DNA of 25,821 nucleotides from Thermodesulfovibrionales bacterium (GTDB taxonomy: Bacteria; Nitrospirota; Thermodesulfovibrionia; Thermodesulfovibrionales; SM23-35): contig CAVQRT010000023.1 in NCBI GenBank assembly GCA_963715195.1, positions 1-25,821 of the forward strand, written 5' to 3'. A program made the position numbers and the translations under genes. A model generated the notes under the pieces. That model did not search any database, was not told the origin of the DNA, and was given only the letters and a program-made list of their open reading frames with translations. Positions 1 to 9,252 of this stretch are shown piece after piece (the stretch's first letter is position 1; the number at the start of each line of letters is the position of its first letter).

Positions 1-1
1 C

Positions 2-505
2 AGCCGGAGATGGTGGACACGCGAACGCTCTCAGCGGGTAGCTTCCTATGCTTTGAAGATTGCGGACGAAATGGGGTTTCAGGAAGACGATAAGAGCATG
101 CTGCATATCGGTGCCCTGCTGCATGATATCGGGCAGTCTGTCTACCATGATGAACTGATTGACAAGCCGAAGAAACTTACTACTGAAGAGTTGAAACTTG
201 TTCAGAAACATCCGGAGCAGGGAGCTGCAGTCCTGCACAAGGCAAGGGAATTGGAGGGCGTTCTCCCTCTGATCCGGCACCATCATGAGAGGATGGATGG
301 AAAAGGGTATCCGGATGGATTGGAAGGAGAGGAAATTCCTTTAGGTGCAAGGATTATTCATGTGGCAACTGCCTATGATTCGATTATCGCTGACAGACCA
401 TACCGGTCCGCACGGAAAAGAGAATATGCTCTCAGCGAAATTGTGCGGTGTGCAAATACCCAGTTTGATCCCGGGGTAACAGAGGCGGCGCTCAGGGTTC
501 TTTAG
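2..505 (+). CDS. HD-GYP domain protein, C-terminal part (5' end outside window); possibly degenerate c-di-GMP phosphodiesterase
   Basis: Frame is open from base 2. Motifs LLHDIG, HHHERMDGKGYP, IPLGARII, RPYR and QFDP. Confidence 0.88.
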   Translation, partial: SRRWWTRERSQRVASYALKIADEMGFQEDDKSMLHIGALLHDIGQSVYHDELIDKPKKLTTEELKLVQKHPEQGAAVLHKARELEGVLPLIRHHHERMDGKGYPDGLEGEEIPLGARIIHVATAYDSIIADRPYRSARKREYALSEIVRCANTQFDPGVTEAALRVL

Positions 506-768
506 GCCGCTTTAGTCAAACAATTCCTCGATGCTCTGCTTGGGGATAGTTCATTCCTTTTTACATTTGCGGTTGGATTACGTGGAGCCAACAGCCATCT
601 CGCTGTATAATTGCCCTGATGACAACTGATTCACTGCCGATGTATAATTTTCATCATGTGCCCGGATGATGAATACCGGGATAAGATTTCTATAACTGAA
701 AAAGTGCGGACATTGTTCAAAAAATAATTTAACTCGATGATTTGATTTAAGAGAACTTTAAGAAATGG

Positions 769-1008
769 ATTCCCTGCTCTGGCGCGGGAATGAATTGTTT
801 GCGGACTTCGTATTGACCGATCTTGAGTGGGTCAATACATTGGTTCAGAAATTGGCAACTGAATTTTTCGGTGAAGCCGGAGAATGACAGTCATTGAGCT
901 TTGACTTCTCTACGGACACCTGACGCTCTTGGCGTCACGGTTCTTAACAATAGACTTTTTGGATTAACGAGTGAGAACTCCCTGTGGTCTTGGCGCAGGG
1001 TTCTTAAC
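769..1008 (+). repeat. Series of four stem-loops with TCT(T)G loops upstream of proB
   Basis: Stems at 769-791, 810-838 (GTATTGACC/GGTCAATAC), 918-941 (TGACGC-TCTTG-GCGTCA) and 973-1005. Imperfect direct repeat TCTTGGCG(T)CA(C/G)GGTTCTTAAC at 927-948 and 988-1008. Confidence 0.6.
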
Positions 1009-1021
1009 GCGGGGGTGATTC

Positions 1022-2119
1022 GTGAAACGGATTGTAGTCAAAATTGGAAGCAACATCCTGGCTCATGATGACGAGGGGCTCGACATAAAGAGAATCACGA
1101 CAATCAGTCGTGACATATCAGATGTCAAAGACATGGGCTATGACGTAGTCGTTGTGTCCTCCGGCGCGATTGCTGCCGGCATGGGGAAACTCGGGTTAAA
1201 GACAAAGCCGAAAGACATAAAACTGAAACAGGCATCGGCTGCAGTCGGCCAGAGTGCGCTCATGTGGGCATATGAGAGAAGTTTCGGGAAATATGGGAAA
1301 CAGGTTGCGCAGGTTCTCCTGACGCGGGACGATTTTGCCGACAGAAAGAGGTATATCAATGCAAAAAATACCCTCCTGACCCTGTTTTCCTATAAGGTTG
1401 TGCCGATTATCAATGAGAACGATACGGTTTCAACGGATGAAATCAAATTTGGTGATAATGACCATCTCGCTTCGCTCGTCGCAAGTCTTATCGAAGCCGA
1501 GCGGCTGATCATTCTGTCTGATGTTGACGGGCTCTATACCGAAGACCCGAGAAGCAGTGCACAGGCAAATCTCATTGATTATGTCGAGGAAATTACACCT
1601 GACATCGAGAAGAGGGCGGGGGGAGCAGGAAGTTCTGTCGGCACAGGCGGAATGTATTCAAAGCTTCTCGCGGCGAAAAGGGCTTTAAATCATGGCATTG
1701 TTGTGCATATCATCACGGGAAAAAGAGAACGCGTCCTTACACAGCTCATGGAAGGAAAACCGAGTGGAACGCTCTTCAAACCAAAGGAGGAAAGGCTGTC
1801 CTCCCGGAAAGGATGGATTGCCTACGGAAGCCGTGCGAAAGGCAGTCTTGTTATTGACGACGGAGCCGTAAAAGCCCTCGTACAGGGCGGAAAGAGCCTC
1901 CTCCCTTCCGGAATTATCTCGGTCGAAGGGGAATTCGACACCGGAGATGCTGTTTACTGTCTTGATGCAGGAGGCAACCGAATAGCAAAGGGACTGACGA
2001 ACTATACCTCGGCAGAGATTAATAAAATAAAAGGGGGAAAAACATCACAGATCGAAGAGGTTCTCGGGTATAAATACTCTGAGGAAGTGATACACCGGGA
2101 TAACCTCGTACTCGTATAG
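1022..2119 (+). CDS. proB: Glutamate 5-kinase with C-terminal PUA domain
   Basis: VVKIGS, VSSGAIAAG, PIINENDTV, FGDND, GTGGMYSKL and PUA motif GKSLLPSGI. GTG start after a GGGGGTG SD. Confidence 0.97.
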   Translation: MKRIVVKIGSNILAHDDEGLDIKRITTISRDISDVKDMGYDVVVVSSGAIAAGMGKLGLKTKPKDIKLKQASAAVGQSALMWAYERSFGKYGKQVAQVLLTRDDFADRKRYINAKNTLLTLFSYKVVPIINENDTVSTDEIKFGDNDHLASLVASLIEAERLIILSDVDGLYTEDPRSSAQANLIDYVEEITPDIEKRAGGAGSSVGTGGMYSKLLAAKRALNHGIVVHIITGKRERVLTQLMEGKPSGTLFKPKEERLSSRKGWIAYGSRAKGSLVIDDGAVKALVQGGKSLLPSGIISVEGEFDTGDAVYCLDAGGNRIAKGLTNYTSAEINKIKGGKTSQIEEVLGYKYSEEVIHRDNLVLV

Positions 2120-2654
2120 GATTATCCTGTCCGTTCAGAGAGCTGCCTGTCATCAATGCACGGGCGTTCATGAACATGTCCACACAACTCTTTTCCTGAT
2201 AGTCCCGGTAGGTAAAAAGGTGGGGCTTGAACATACCATCCTGATAATACAGGGTTAATTCACCATAAATCCCTTTCCCGAGGTAGAGCCGGTGAGCATA
2301 ATTTTTTGTCGATGCAAGCACTACCTTTGAGAGCGTAAGATAGCCTGGGTCGAGGTTTACCCGGCGTTTATTGTCTGCGGAAGAATAGTCTTCTATTTCA
2401 TTTGTCCGTATTTTGATTTCGGCAAGGGCTCCCGGATCGATCGCATTTTTATAAAAGACAAACTGTCTCAGAATAGGCCATCCTAATTCATCCCTGTAGT
2501 ATCCGGAGTATTCCCATTGCACTGCAGGGCTGACCAGCAACGCCTCACCAAATTCCCTCTCGAGCATCGGTTGAACGTCATTCAATACCGCGGAGTCAGC
2601 GTAAAGGATTCCGATGAATAACATTGCGCGTTCAGGTTCGCTGACTTTACCCAT
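2019..2654 (-). CDS. DUF4416 family protein
   Basis: YYxxELG, RRVNLDPGY, LASTKNYAHRLYLGKGIYGEL and TYRDY. The 3' end overlaps proB by 101 nt. Confidence 0.82.
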   Translation of the reverse strand: MGKVSEPERAMLFIGILYADSAVLNDVQPMLEREFGEALLVSPAVQWEYSGYYRDELGWPILRQFVFYKNAIDPGALAEIKIRTNEIEDYSSADNKRRVNLDPGYLTLSKVVLASTKNYAHRLYLGKGIYGELTLYYQDGMFKPHLFTYRDYQEKSCVDMFMNARALMTGSSLNGQDNPIRVRGYPGVSLPQSIYTREPLRSVMFFPLLFY

Positions 2655-2709
2655 GAAAGATATTTCCTGATTCTGTCATGCTGAGATGCCGGGAAGGTAC
2701 TGCCGAATT

Positions 2710-3237
2710 TTATGATTCCCGAATCAGGCCCTGAAAAAATTCAAGAGCCCGGGGAGAATCCCATTCAGCGGGTCCTATAACCTTGTGCCTGAGCACCCCG
2801 TTCTTATCGATGATGAATGTTTCGGGAATTCCGGTAATGCCGAATATCCTTGCCGCGGATTCATCAGGGTTCAGGTATAACGGAAAGGTGAACCCATTCT
2901 GTTTCATGAAATTAAGTGCCCGGCCGAGATCGTCCTTGTACAAAATCGTCACAACTTTGAATGAGGAATTTTCAGAGAAGTTTCTGTACATCTGCTCGAT
3001 GGAGGGCAATTCTTCAACGCAGGAAGTGCACCACGTGGACCAGAAATTGATAAAGACAACGGAGCCTTTCATATCCGACAGACTGCTCTTGCTACCGCTC
3101 GGATCGATGAGCTCAAAATCATCCGTCACCGTGCCAATATGGGAGGGTTCCGGACGCTGCGCAGGCTTCATGGTCAAAACGGCTGCCACAAAAGCGATGC
3201 CGACAATAATGAGAAGAATAAGGGTTTTTGGCTTCAT
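2710..3237 (-). CDS. TlpA/ResA-like membrane-anchored thiol-disulfide oxidoreductase
   Basis: N-terminal hydrophobic anchor, INFWSTWCTSC (CxxC) and IPETFIIDKNG. Confidence 0.92.
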   Translation of the reverse strand: MKPKTLILLIIVGIAFVAAVLTMKPAQRPEPSHIGTVTDDFELIDPSGSKSSLSDMKGSVVFINFWSTWCTSCVEELPSIEQMYRNFSENSSFKVVTILYKDDLGRALNFMKQNGFTFPLYLNPDESAARIFGITGIPETFIIDKNGVLRHKVIGPAEWDSPRALEFFQGLIRES

Positions 3238-3327
3238 TATTTCATGGGATGGGGATACAGCGGGCCGAAAACACCATGTTCTAAAATTAAAAACGTTGTG
3301 ACGGCATGGAACAGGTGTCTAAAAGAA

Positions 3328-5778
3328 TTAATTTGCACCTGTCAGGATCGATACGGGTTCTTCACATTCCACAAAAGCAGGTTTATCATCGTCGTCGAGC
3401 ACTATCCTGATTTTATGAATATCCTTAAATTTTCCTTTCAGCAGTTCTTCAGACAGCGGATCTTCGATAATCTTTTGGACGGCCCTTCTCATGGGCCGGG
3501 CACCATAGACCGGCTGATAATAGTGTTTGATGATCCACTCTTTTATTTCATCAGAGACTTCTACGACAAGCTCCTGCTGCTCGATGAGCAGTCTGTTCAT
3601 TTCGTCAACAAGCAAATCGATGATGGACAGGAGGTGATCTTTTTCGAGCGGATGGAATACGACAATCTCATCAACCCGGTTCAGAAATTCAGGATTGAAG
3701 GTTTTTTTCAGTTCATTCAGCACATTTTCCTTGATCTTTTCGTAGACCATCCCGGAGATATTCGTCTGGAAACCGAGGGGGGTTGCCTTTTCGATCAGCC
3801 GGGCCCCGAGGTTTGATGTCATGATGATCACGGTGTTCCTGAAATCCACCTTTCTCCCGTAACTGTCTGTCAGCACCCCCTCATCAAGAACCTGGAGCAG
3901 GATGTTAAACACGTCGGGATGAGCCTTCTCTATCTCGTCGAAGAGCACAACCGAATACGGCTTCTTGCGTATCCTCTCCGTCAGCTGGCCGCCTTCTTCA
4001 TAACCTACATACCCCGGAGGTGCACCGGTCAGTCTGGATACATTGAATCTCTCCATATACTCGGACATATCGATCTTGATCAGAGATGCTTCGTCGTTGA
4101 ACAGGAACCATGCGAGCGCCTTGGCGAGCTCTGTCTTGCCGACGCCTGTCGGGCCGAGAAAGAAAAAGGAACCTATCGGTTTCTTGTTCGATTTCAGTCC
4201 GGCGCGCGATCTCCGGATGGCTCTTGATACGGCCTTGATTGCTTCTTCCTGGGCGATAATACGTTTATGGACGCTTTCCTCCATCAAGATCAGTTTCTCG
4301 GATTCCTTCTCCTCGAGTTTTGACAGAGGGATGCCGGTCATTTTGGATACGGTATATTCGATATCTTCATCCCGCACATATGGTATTTCCTTATTCAGAT
4401 CATCAATCCACTGTTTATGCAGTTGCTCATGGAGCCGTTTGAGCCGCTCCTCTTCCATGCGGATTGATGAGGCTTTTTCAAGATCATGGAGCTTTATATA
4501 CAGATTTTTTTCTTTCGTAAATCTCTGGATATCCGTTTCGAGTTCCTTCAATTCACGGGGAGGGGTGTATCTCTTCAGCTTGATCCGTGAACCCGTCTCA
4601 TCAATAACATCGATTGCTTTGTCCGGCAGGTATCGGTCGGAGATATATCTGTCCGACAACCGTGCAGCAATCTCGATAGCCGAATCATGTATCCTGACCT
4701 TGTGGAATGATTCATACCTCGGTTTGAGCCCTTTGAGGATGCTGATCGTGTTTTCCAAATTCGGCGCCTGTACGTGTATCGGCTGGAACCTGCGTTCAAG
4801 TGCACCGTCCTTTTCGATATGTTTCCGGTATTCGTCGGGGGTTGTGGCACCGATGCACTGGATCTCCCCCCGTGAGAGGGCGGGTTTCAGCATGCTTGAC
4901 GCATCGACAGAACCTTCCGCAGCGCCCGCACCTATCAGGGTATGCAATTCATCAATAAAGAGCATGACATTGTCTGACTGGATGATTTCCTTCATGACAA
5001 TCTTGAGCCTCTCTTCGAACTGTCCTCTGTACTTTGTTCCTGCTATGAGTGCTCCGAGATCAAGCGATATGATGCGCTTTCCAAGAAGGCCGTCAGGGAT
5101 ATCGCCCGAAACAATCTTCTGGGCCAGGCCTTCAACGATGGCCGTTTTCCCGACGCCGGGTTCCCCGATAATCACTGGGTTGTTTTTTATCCTTCTGCCG
5201 AGTATCTGGACAAGCCGCTCGATCTCGTCTTCCCTGCATATGACGGGGTCGAGTTTCCCTTCTTTTGCGAGCAGGGTCAAATCCCTTCCGAATTCATCAA
5301 GAGCGGGGGTGGAGCTTTTCTTATCTTTTACCTGGGAATGCGCGCGTATGGAAAAATTAATGGTAAGCTGCCTTGCACCCAGCAGGTTTGCTCCAAAACT
5401 CCTCAGGATCTTGCCGCCTATGCCTTCCTCCTCGCGGATCAGGCCTAGGAAAATGTGCTCACTCCCGATGTAGCTGTGACCAAGGAGGCGGGCTTCCTCG
5501 ACAGCGAGTTCAAGGACTTTTTTTGCCCGGGGAGTGAAGGGAATATCCCCGAACGTCATGAGGTTTGTCCCCTGAGGGAGATTCCTTTCGACTTCCATAC
5601 GAATTTCCTCGGGAGTAATTCCGATTCTCTTCAGGATTGCTATCGGCAAGCCGTCATCTTCTTTCAAAACTGCCAGCAGAAGGTGCTCGGTTCCAAGATA
5701 ATCATTCTGCCGTTTCTCGGCTTCTTCCTTTGCGTAGATGATTACCTTCCTTCCGCGCTCTGTGAACTTTTCGAACAT
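3328..5778 (-). CDS. clpC: ATP-dependent Clp protease ATP-binding subunit ClpC
   Basis: MFEKFTE start with two Clp-N repeats, Walker A motifs GEPGVGKT and GPTGVGKT, short middle coiled coil, GAPPGYVGY, and LGF ClpP-docking loop. Confidence 0.95.
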   Translation of the reverse strand: MFEKFTERGRKVIIYAKEEAEKRQNDYLGTEHLLLAVLKEDDGLPIAILKRIGITPEEIRMEVERNLPQGTNLMTFGDIPFTPRAKKVLELAVEEARLLGHSYIGSEHIFLGLIREEEGIGGKILRSFGANLLGARQLTINFSIRAHSQVKDKKSSTPALDEFGRDLTLLAKEGKLDPVICREDEIERLVQILGRRIKNNPVIIGEPGVGKTAIVEGLAQKIVSGDIPDGLLGKRIISLDLGALIAGTKYRGQFEERLKIVMKEIIQSDNVMLFIDELHTLIGAGAAEGSVDASSMLKPALSRGEIQCIGATTPDEYRKHIEKDGALERRFQPIHVQAPNLENTISILKGLKPRYESFHKVRIHDSAIEIAARLSDRYISDRYLPDKAIDVIDETGSRIKLKRYTPPRELKELETDIQRFTKEKNLYIKLHDLEKASSIRMEEERLKRLHEQLHKQWIDDLNKEIPYVRDEDIEYTVSKMTGIPLSKLEEKESEKLILMEESVHKRIIAQEEAIKAVSRAIRRSRAGLKSNKKPIGSFFFLGPTGVGKTELAKALAWFLFNDEASLIKIDMSEYMERFNVSRLTGAPPGYVGYEEGGQLTERIRKKPYSVVLFDEIEKAHPDVFNILLQVLDEGVLTDSYGRKVDFRNTVIIMTSNLGARLIEKATPLGFQTNISGMVYEKIKENVLNELKKTFNPEFLNRVDEIVVFHPLEKDHLLSIIDLLVDEMNRLLIEQQELVVEVSDEIKEWIIKHYYQPVYGARPMRRAVQKIIEDPLSEELLKGKFKDIHKIRIVLDDDDKPAFVECEEPVSILTGAN

Positions 5779-5801
5779 TTTTCTTTAAAATCCTTTATTT
5801 G

Positions 5802-5830
5802 ATGATACTTCTTTTACCCCTGAAAGTCAA
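5802..5830 (-). promoter_or_regulatory. sigma70-type promoter for clpC
   Basis: TTGACT-N17-TATCAT on the minus strand, ending 23 nt upstream of the ATG. Confidence 0.7.
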
Positions 5831-6112
5831 CTCAACAAATCACTGAATAATGCGGTTATCAGCTTCCTCTATCGCATAAAATCATGATAAGATGTGTGGT
5901 AAAAGAGAAGGGCAGGAGGGAGCAGAAATCAGCCAAAAAAAAGCTCAGAAAAAAAGACTCACAGGGAATGTTCGAACTGCTCAGAAGCCATCTCATATGG
6001 GTGAAAAGAACATATGCAGGAATGTATCGTGCCGTTTGAGAAAGGCAGGATGCAGGGGGTTCGAAGGATGTCCCGGATTTATGTCAAAGTGACAGAGGTC
6101 ATCACATGAGTA

Positions 6113-6121
6113 TGGTATAAT
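6113..6121 (+). promoter_or_regulatory. Extended -10 promoter for the tRNA pair
   Basis: TGGTATAAT (TGn-TATAAT), 27 nt upstream of tRNA-Gln. Confidence 0.6.
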
Positions 6122-6148
6122 ATTTTTTGATTTTTTTTACATCACAGT

Positions 6149-6222
6149 TGGGGAGTCGTCCAGTGGCAGGACGGCAGACTCTGGATCTGCTTACAGGGGT
6201 TCGAATCCTCTCTCCCCAGCCA
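6149..6222 (+). tRNA. tRNA-Gln (anticodon CTG)
   Basis: Acceptor TGGGGAG/CTCCCCA, anticodon arm GCAGA-CT-CTG-GA-TCTGC, GGTTCGAATCC T-arm, encoded CCA. Confidence 0.97.
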
Positions 6223-6235
6223 AAAGATATACAAT

Positions 6236-6304
6236 AGTTGAAAGTTTAAAGGTAAAAGATCAAAAGTTCTTCCACACTAAGCTCAAAACTTTAGATTCTC
6301 AACT
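6236..6304. repeat. Inverted arrays of degenerate heptamer repeats in the tRNA spacer
   Basis: AGTTGAA-AGTTTAA-AGGTAAA-AGATCAA (6236-6263) faces CTAAGCT-CAAAACT-TTAGATT-CTCAACT (6277-6304) and can form an imperfect hairpin. Confidence 0.55.
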
Positions 6305-6315
6305 TTCTGATGTAT

Positions 6316-6391
6316 GGTCCCATCGTCTAGAGGCCTAGGACGTGGCCCTCTCAAGGCTAAAACACGGGTTCGAATCCCGTTGGGACCGCCA
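6316..6391 (+). tRNA. tRNA-Glu (anticodon CTC)
   Basis: Acceptor GGTCCCA/TGGGACC, anticodon arm TGGCC-CT-CTC-AA-GGCTA, GGTTCGAATCC T-arm, encoded CCA. Confidence 0.97.
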
Positions 6392-6640
6392 ATACCAAGG
6401 GTTTAGAAGGTTTCTTGTTATGGCCTTGGAAAGGCTAAATCATTTTTCACAATGAAGTATTGTGGAGGGAAATATCGATAAGATGAGCGGGCAAAAATAT
6501 TGAGGCAGAATTAACAATTATTGTCGCGATTACGCATCTTCAGGATTTTCAAACTATTATCAGCTTCATCATCAAAGTCACACATCTGGTTTTATGCATT
6601 CATTGATTGGTTCAACTGGAAATAAATGATTTTTTGAAAT

Positions 6641-6670
6641 AAAAAGGGCGAGCCTAAATCTCGCCCTTTT
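6641..6670 (-). terminator. Intrinsic terminator after nrfA, probably bidirectional
   Basis: AAAAGGGCGAG-7 nt-CTCGCCCTTTT perfect stem with A/T tails on both sides. Confidence 0.85.
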
Positions 6671-6728
6671 CTAAATATCTGCTTTAGTTTTCCAATAAAT
6701 CTAAATCCATCAATTGATTGTGAGATTA

Positions 6729-8201
6729 TTATCTTGTCTGCTTTACAGTCAGAAATTTCTCCTCTATTCCAAAGGGATCGTTAATTATGACTTTTTGGTC
6801 AAAATGGAGTTTCTTTTTACCCCTCTCATCGACATACTTATTCAGTTCAAGATTAACAATAAGGGGAACCTCAACTCCGGCTTTTGTAAGTGCCTGCCTG
6901 AGCAACGCTTCAGACTTTGTTGCTAATGCAACAGAATCACCGAGGATCCGTAATGCCTCTGTAGGATTATGGAAACCGACAGAGTTCTCTGCCCCGATGA
7001 AATTAGTCCGGTAAAAGGCCTCCTCATATAAGTCTTTTGCTTTATCATAAAAAGCCTTATCTATGTTTTTCCCATTAACTTGCGCATCATGTACTTTCTC
7101 GATGAGTTTTGCTGCGGTAGCGGTTGCATATCCGGCCCTGATCATCAGAGATGCAGTCCTGTCCTGAATCGCCGTAACCTGATCTTTCAGCCATTCCTTG
7201 CTTTCTGCATGACACTGCATGCATGCTTTCAGATCATTCTTCAGGGGACTGGTTACCCTGTGGTCAGAGACCTTGTATGCACCTACCTTTGTATACGGCA
7301 TATGACAATCGGCGCATGCTGCTCCTGCCTTCCAGTGGACACTGTTATTGGAGAAGAGCTCGAATTCAGGGTGGCGGATAAAAGCCATTTTATATCCGGT
7401 GACTTTCTGTGTCCACTCACCGACCGACTTGTCGCTGCGGATCTGCTTGATAATATTTTCAATAGAGATATTTCCCCACGTACTCCCCTGCCATGGGAAG
7501 TAGATGCCGACCGATCTCTTATCCTGATCTTTAATGATGTCATAGGTAACGTGGCACTGTGCACAGACAAGACTCCTCATATTCTGCCGGGTCATCTTCT
7601 CGGGTTTGACCCCCATCATTTCTAATGCATTTGTCAGGGTCATCGCTCTGGATATTTTTAGTGCCATGCCATTGTTGTCGTGGCAATCTATACATGCAAC
7701 GCCAAGTTCCTGGTATTCTTTGGGAATCCTTGCATGGACTTCTTTCCATGGTGTGTAGTAATACGCTGGACCCATTTCCTTTTCCAATTTCGTTGCATAA
7801 GGAGTTTTGCAGGTGAGACAGACTCCTCCAGCCCCTATCCTCTCAGGTGAGATTAAGAGCTGATCTTTTATCATATATGCATGCCCGCGCGGTTCATTGT
7901 ATTCAACACCAAATCCCCACCCATTGAATAAAAGGGCGAGATAAGGGAATTCCGAAAGCTTGTCGTACGTAATGCCGTCGGTATCGAACCCGCGTTTGTA
8001 TTTGCTCTTTCCAGGGGCTGTCGGTTCCTCTGTCTTTTTCCAGAGCTCATAATGAATCGGATATGCCTTGCCCCAGTTTGCCGGATCCATATCTCCGTCA
8101 GCAATCTTTACTGCACGCACCGGCTCTGTCCTGGGAGGCTGACAGGCATAGAAAGAAAAGATGCCAATTAAAACACTGACTATAAAAATATACTTTTTCA
8201 T
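6729..8201 (-). CDS. nrfA: Pentaheme cytochrome c nitrite reductase (ammonia-forming), catalytic subunit
   Basis: CLTCK (CxxCK) plus CIDCH, CAQCH, CADCH, CMQCH; also EPRGH and ENSVGFHNP. Start re-called at MKKYIF (8201) after an AGGAG SD. Lipoprotein-like signal ending FYAC. Confidence 0.96.
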   Translation of the reverse strand: MKKYIFIVSVLIGIFSFYACQPPRTEPVRAVKIADGDMDPANWGKAYPIHYELWKKTEEPTAPGKSKYKRGFDTDGITYDKLSEFPYLALLFNGWGFGVEYNEPRGHAYMIKDQLLISPERIGAGGVCLTCKTPYATKLEKEMGPAYYYTPWKEVHARIPKEYQELGVACIDCHDNNGMALKISRAMTLTNALEMMGVKPEKMTRQNMRSLVCAQCHVTYDIIKDQDKRSVGIYFPWQGSTWGNISIENIIKQIRSDKSVGEWTQKVTGYKMAFIRHPEFELFSNNSVHWKAGAACADCHMPYTKVGAYKVSDHRVTSPLKNDLKACMQCHAESKEWLKDQVTAIQDRTASLMIRAGYATATAAKLIEKVHDAQVNGKNIDKAFYDKAKDLYEEAFYRTNFIGAENSVGFHNPTEALRILGDSVALATKSEALLRQALTKAGVEVPLIVNLELNKYVDERGKKKLHFDQKVIINDPFGIEEKFLTVKQTR

Positions 8202-8214
8202 CGCCCTTCTCCTT

Positions 8215-8679
8215 TCATAATGTCTCAATCGTTTCGGTCATCTTATGGGTCAAACCCCTGTGACACTTCCAGCATATCCTCTCCTGATCTATCATCATAA
8301 CTGCAGTTTCATGGCATCTGATACAGTTCTCCTGCAAAACTTTTATGCCGTGTGATGAGAGGATGATCTGTTCCGGCACGTTACCGGAATGAAAAACAAC
8401 AACATCCTTGAACCCGTCAATCGCCTTCCAGACATAATGGGCGGCCAGATTGTTGTTCGGCAGATGACAGTCGGCACATGTGGCTCTCCTGTGAGCGCCT
8501 GCATGAAACCATGCTTCATATTCAGCTTCCATGACGTGGCATGAAACGCAGAAACCCGGTGTATCAGATTTGGCAAGAAGCTTTGGCGGTCCCAATAATA
8601 TGAAAAACAAAACAAAAAAACCGGCAACCAATAGGACAACTACAGAGATTCCAATATTCCTTTTTTTGTGGTTGCTCAT
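8215..8679 (-). CDS. nrfH: Tetraheme membrane-anchored quinol dehydrogenase NrfH (NapC/NirT family)
   Basis: N-terminal TM helix, four motifs CVSCH, CADCH, CIRCH, CWKCH; lies directly upstream of nrfA. Confidence 0.95.
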   Translation of the reverse strand: MSNHKKRNIGISVVVLLVAGFFVLFFILLGPPKLLAKSDTPGFCVSCHVMEAEYEAWFHAGAHRRATCADCHLPNNNLAAHYVWKAIDGFKDVVVFHSGNVPEQIILSSHGIKVLQENCIRCHETAVMMIDQERICWKCHRGLTHKMTETIETL

Positions 8680-8736
8680 GGTCTGTATTCCCTCCTTTCT
8701 TTATGCTTATTGATACCAACCTGCTATTTTATATAC

Positions 8737-8765
8737 AACATATGTCCATTTCTCCTCTTTGTCAA
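8737..8765 (-). promoter_or_regulatory. sigma70-type promoter for nrfHA
   Basis: TTGACA-N17-TATGTT on the minus strand, ~57 nt upstream of the nrfH ATG. Confidence 0.6.
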
Positions 8766-9252
8766 TCCTTATCCCAGGACTGGCCGACGATCATACACCC
8801 TGTACTTTTTGCTGTTTGCTCACGTTGATAATAAAAATAATGTTTTTCCTTCTGCTAAATATCTACAAATAAATTTTTCTCTTAAACAACCTTATCAAAA
8901 CAAAAAGGCAATGTCCTTGCCCTCAGTCAAGAAAAGGTTTTAATTGCTATTTCTGTAAATAGTGTTAGCATCCTGTTTATATTGGCTGGAAGTGCATACT
9001 TTGTCCAGATATTTGCATCAGGGATAGTTTGCTGCAGACTCTTAGATCCTTCATCAAAGACGCACTATGTATCTTTTGGTGGATGTGAAACATTCAAACT
9101 GAAATTCCCATTTTTTTTGCGAATTTGGTATGTATCAATTCTGAGAAAGTAGGTTCTCTCCAAAAAACGAGTCACCCGTCAAGTATCAAATGACGCATAA
9201 AAACTGTCAAATTTTGCTATTTATTTAACCCCATCAAGTTCATTTTCTGTCA

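Noticed and set aside
769..1008. CRISPR array or known riboswitch/T-box in the proB leader
   Set aside because: No identical repeats with regular spacers, no cas genes, and no recognisable riboswitch or T-box consensus.
4043..5473. 476-aa plus-strand ORF and other ORFs antisense to clpC and tlpA (2783-3301, 3139-3816, 3919-4227, 5455-5802)
   Set aside because: Ser-rich antisense shadows of conserved genes, with no recognisable motifs.
5892..6092. 66-aa ORF between clpC and the tRNAs
   Set aside because: Lies in a divergent promoter region with no clear SD or domain.
8202..8228. Longer nrfA start given in the ORF track
   Set aside because: Overlaps the nrfH stop. The SD and signal peptide fit ATG 8201.
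8722..8745. Possible NsrR/Rrf2-type operator at the nrfH promoter
   Set aside because: Symmetry is too weak to call without a weight-matrix scan.
8907..8921. GGCAA-TGTCC-TTGCC palindrome with GG-N10-GC spacing on both strands
   Set aside because: Lacks the conserved T before GG, and only 5-bp arms. nrfHA already has a good sigma70 candidate.
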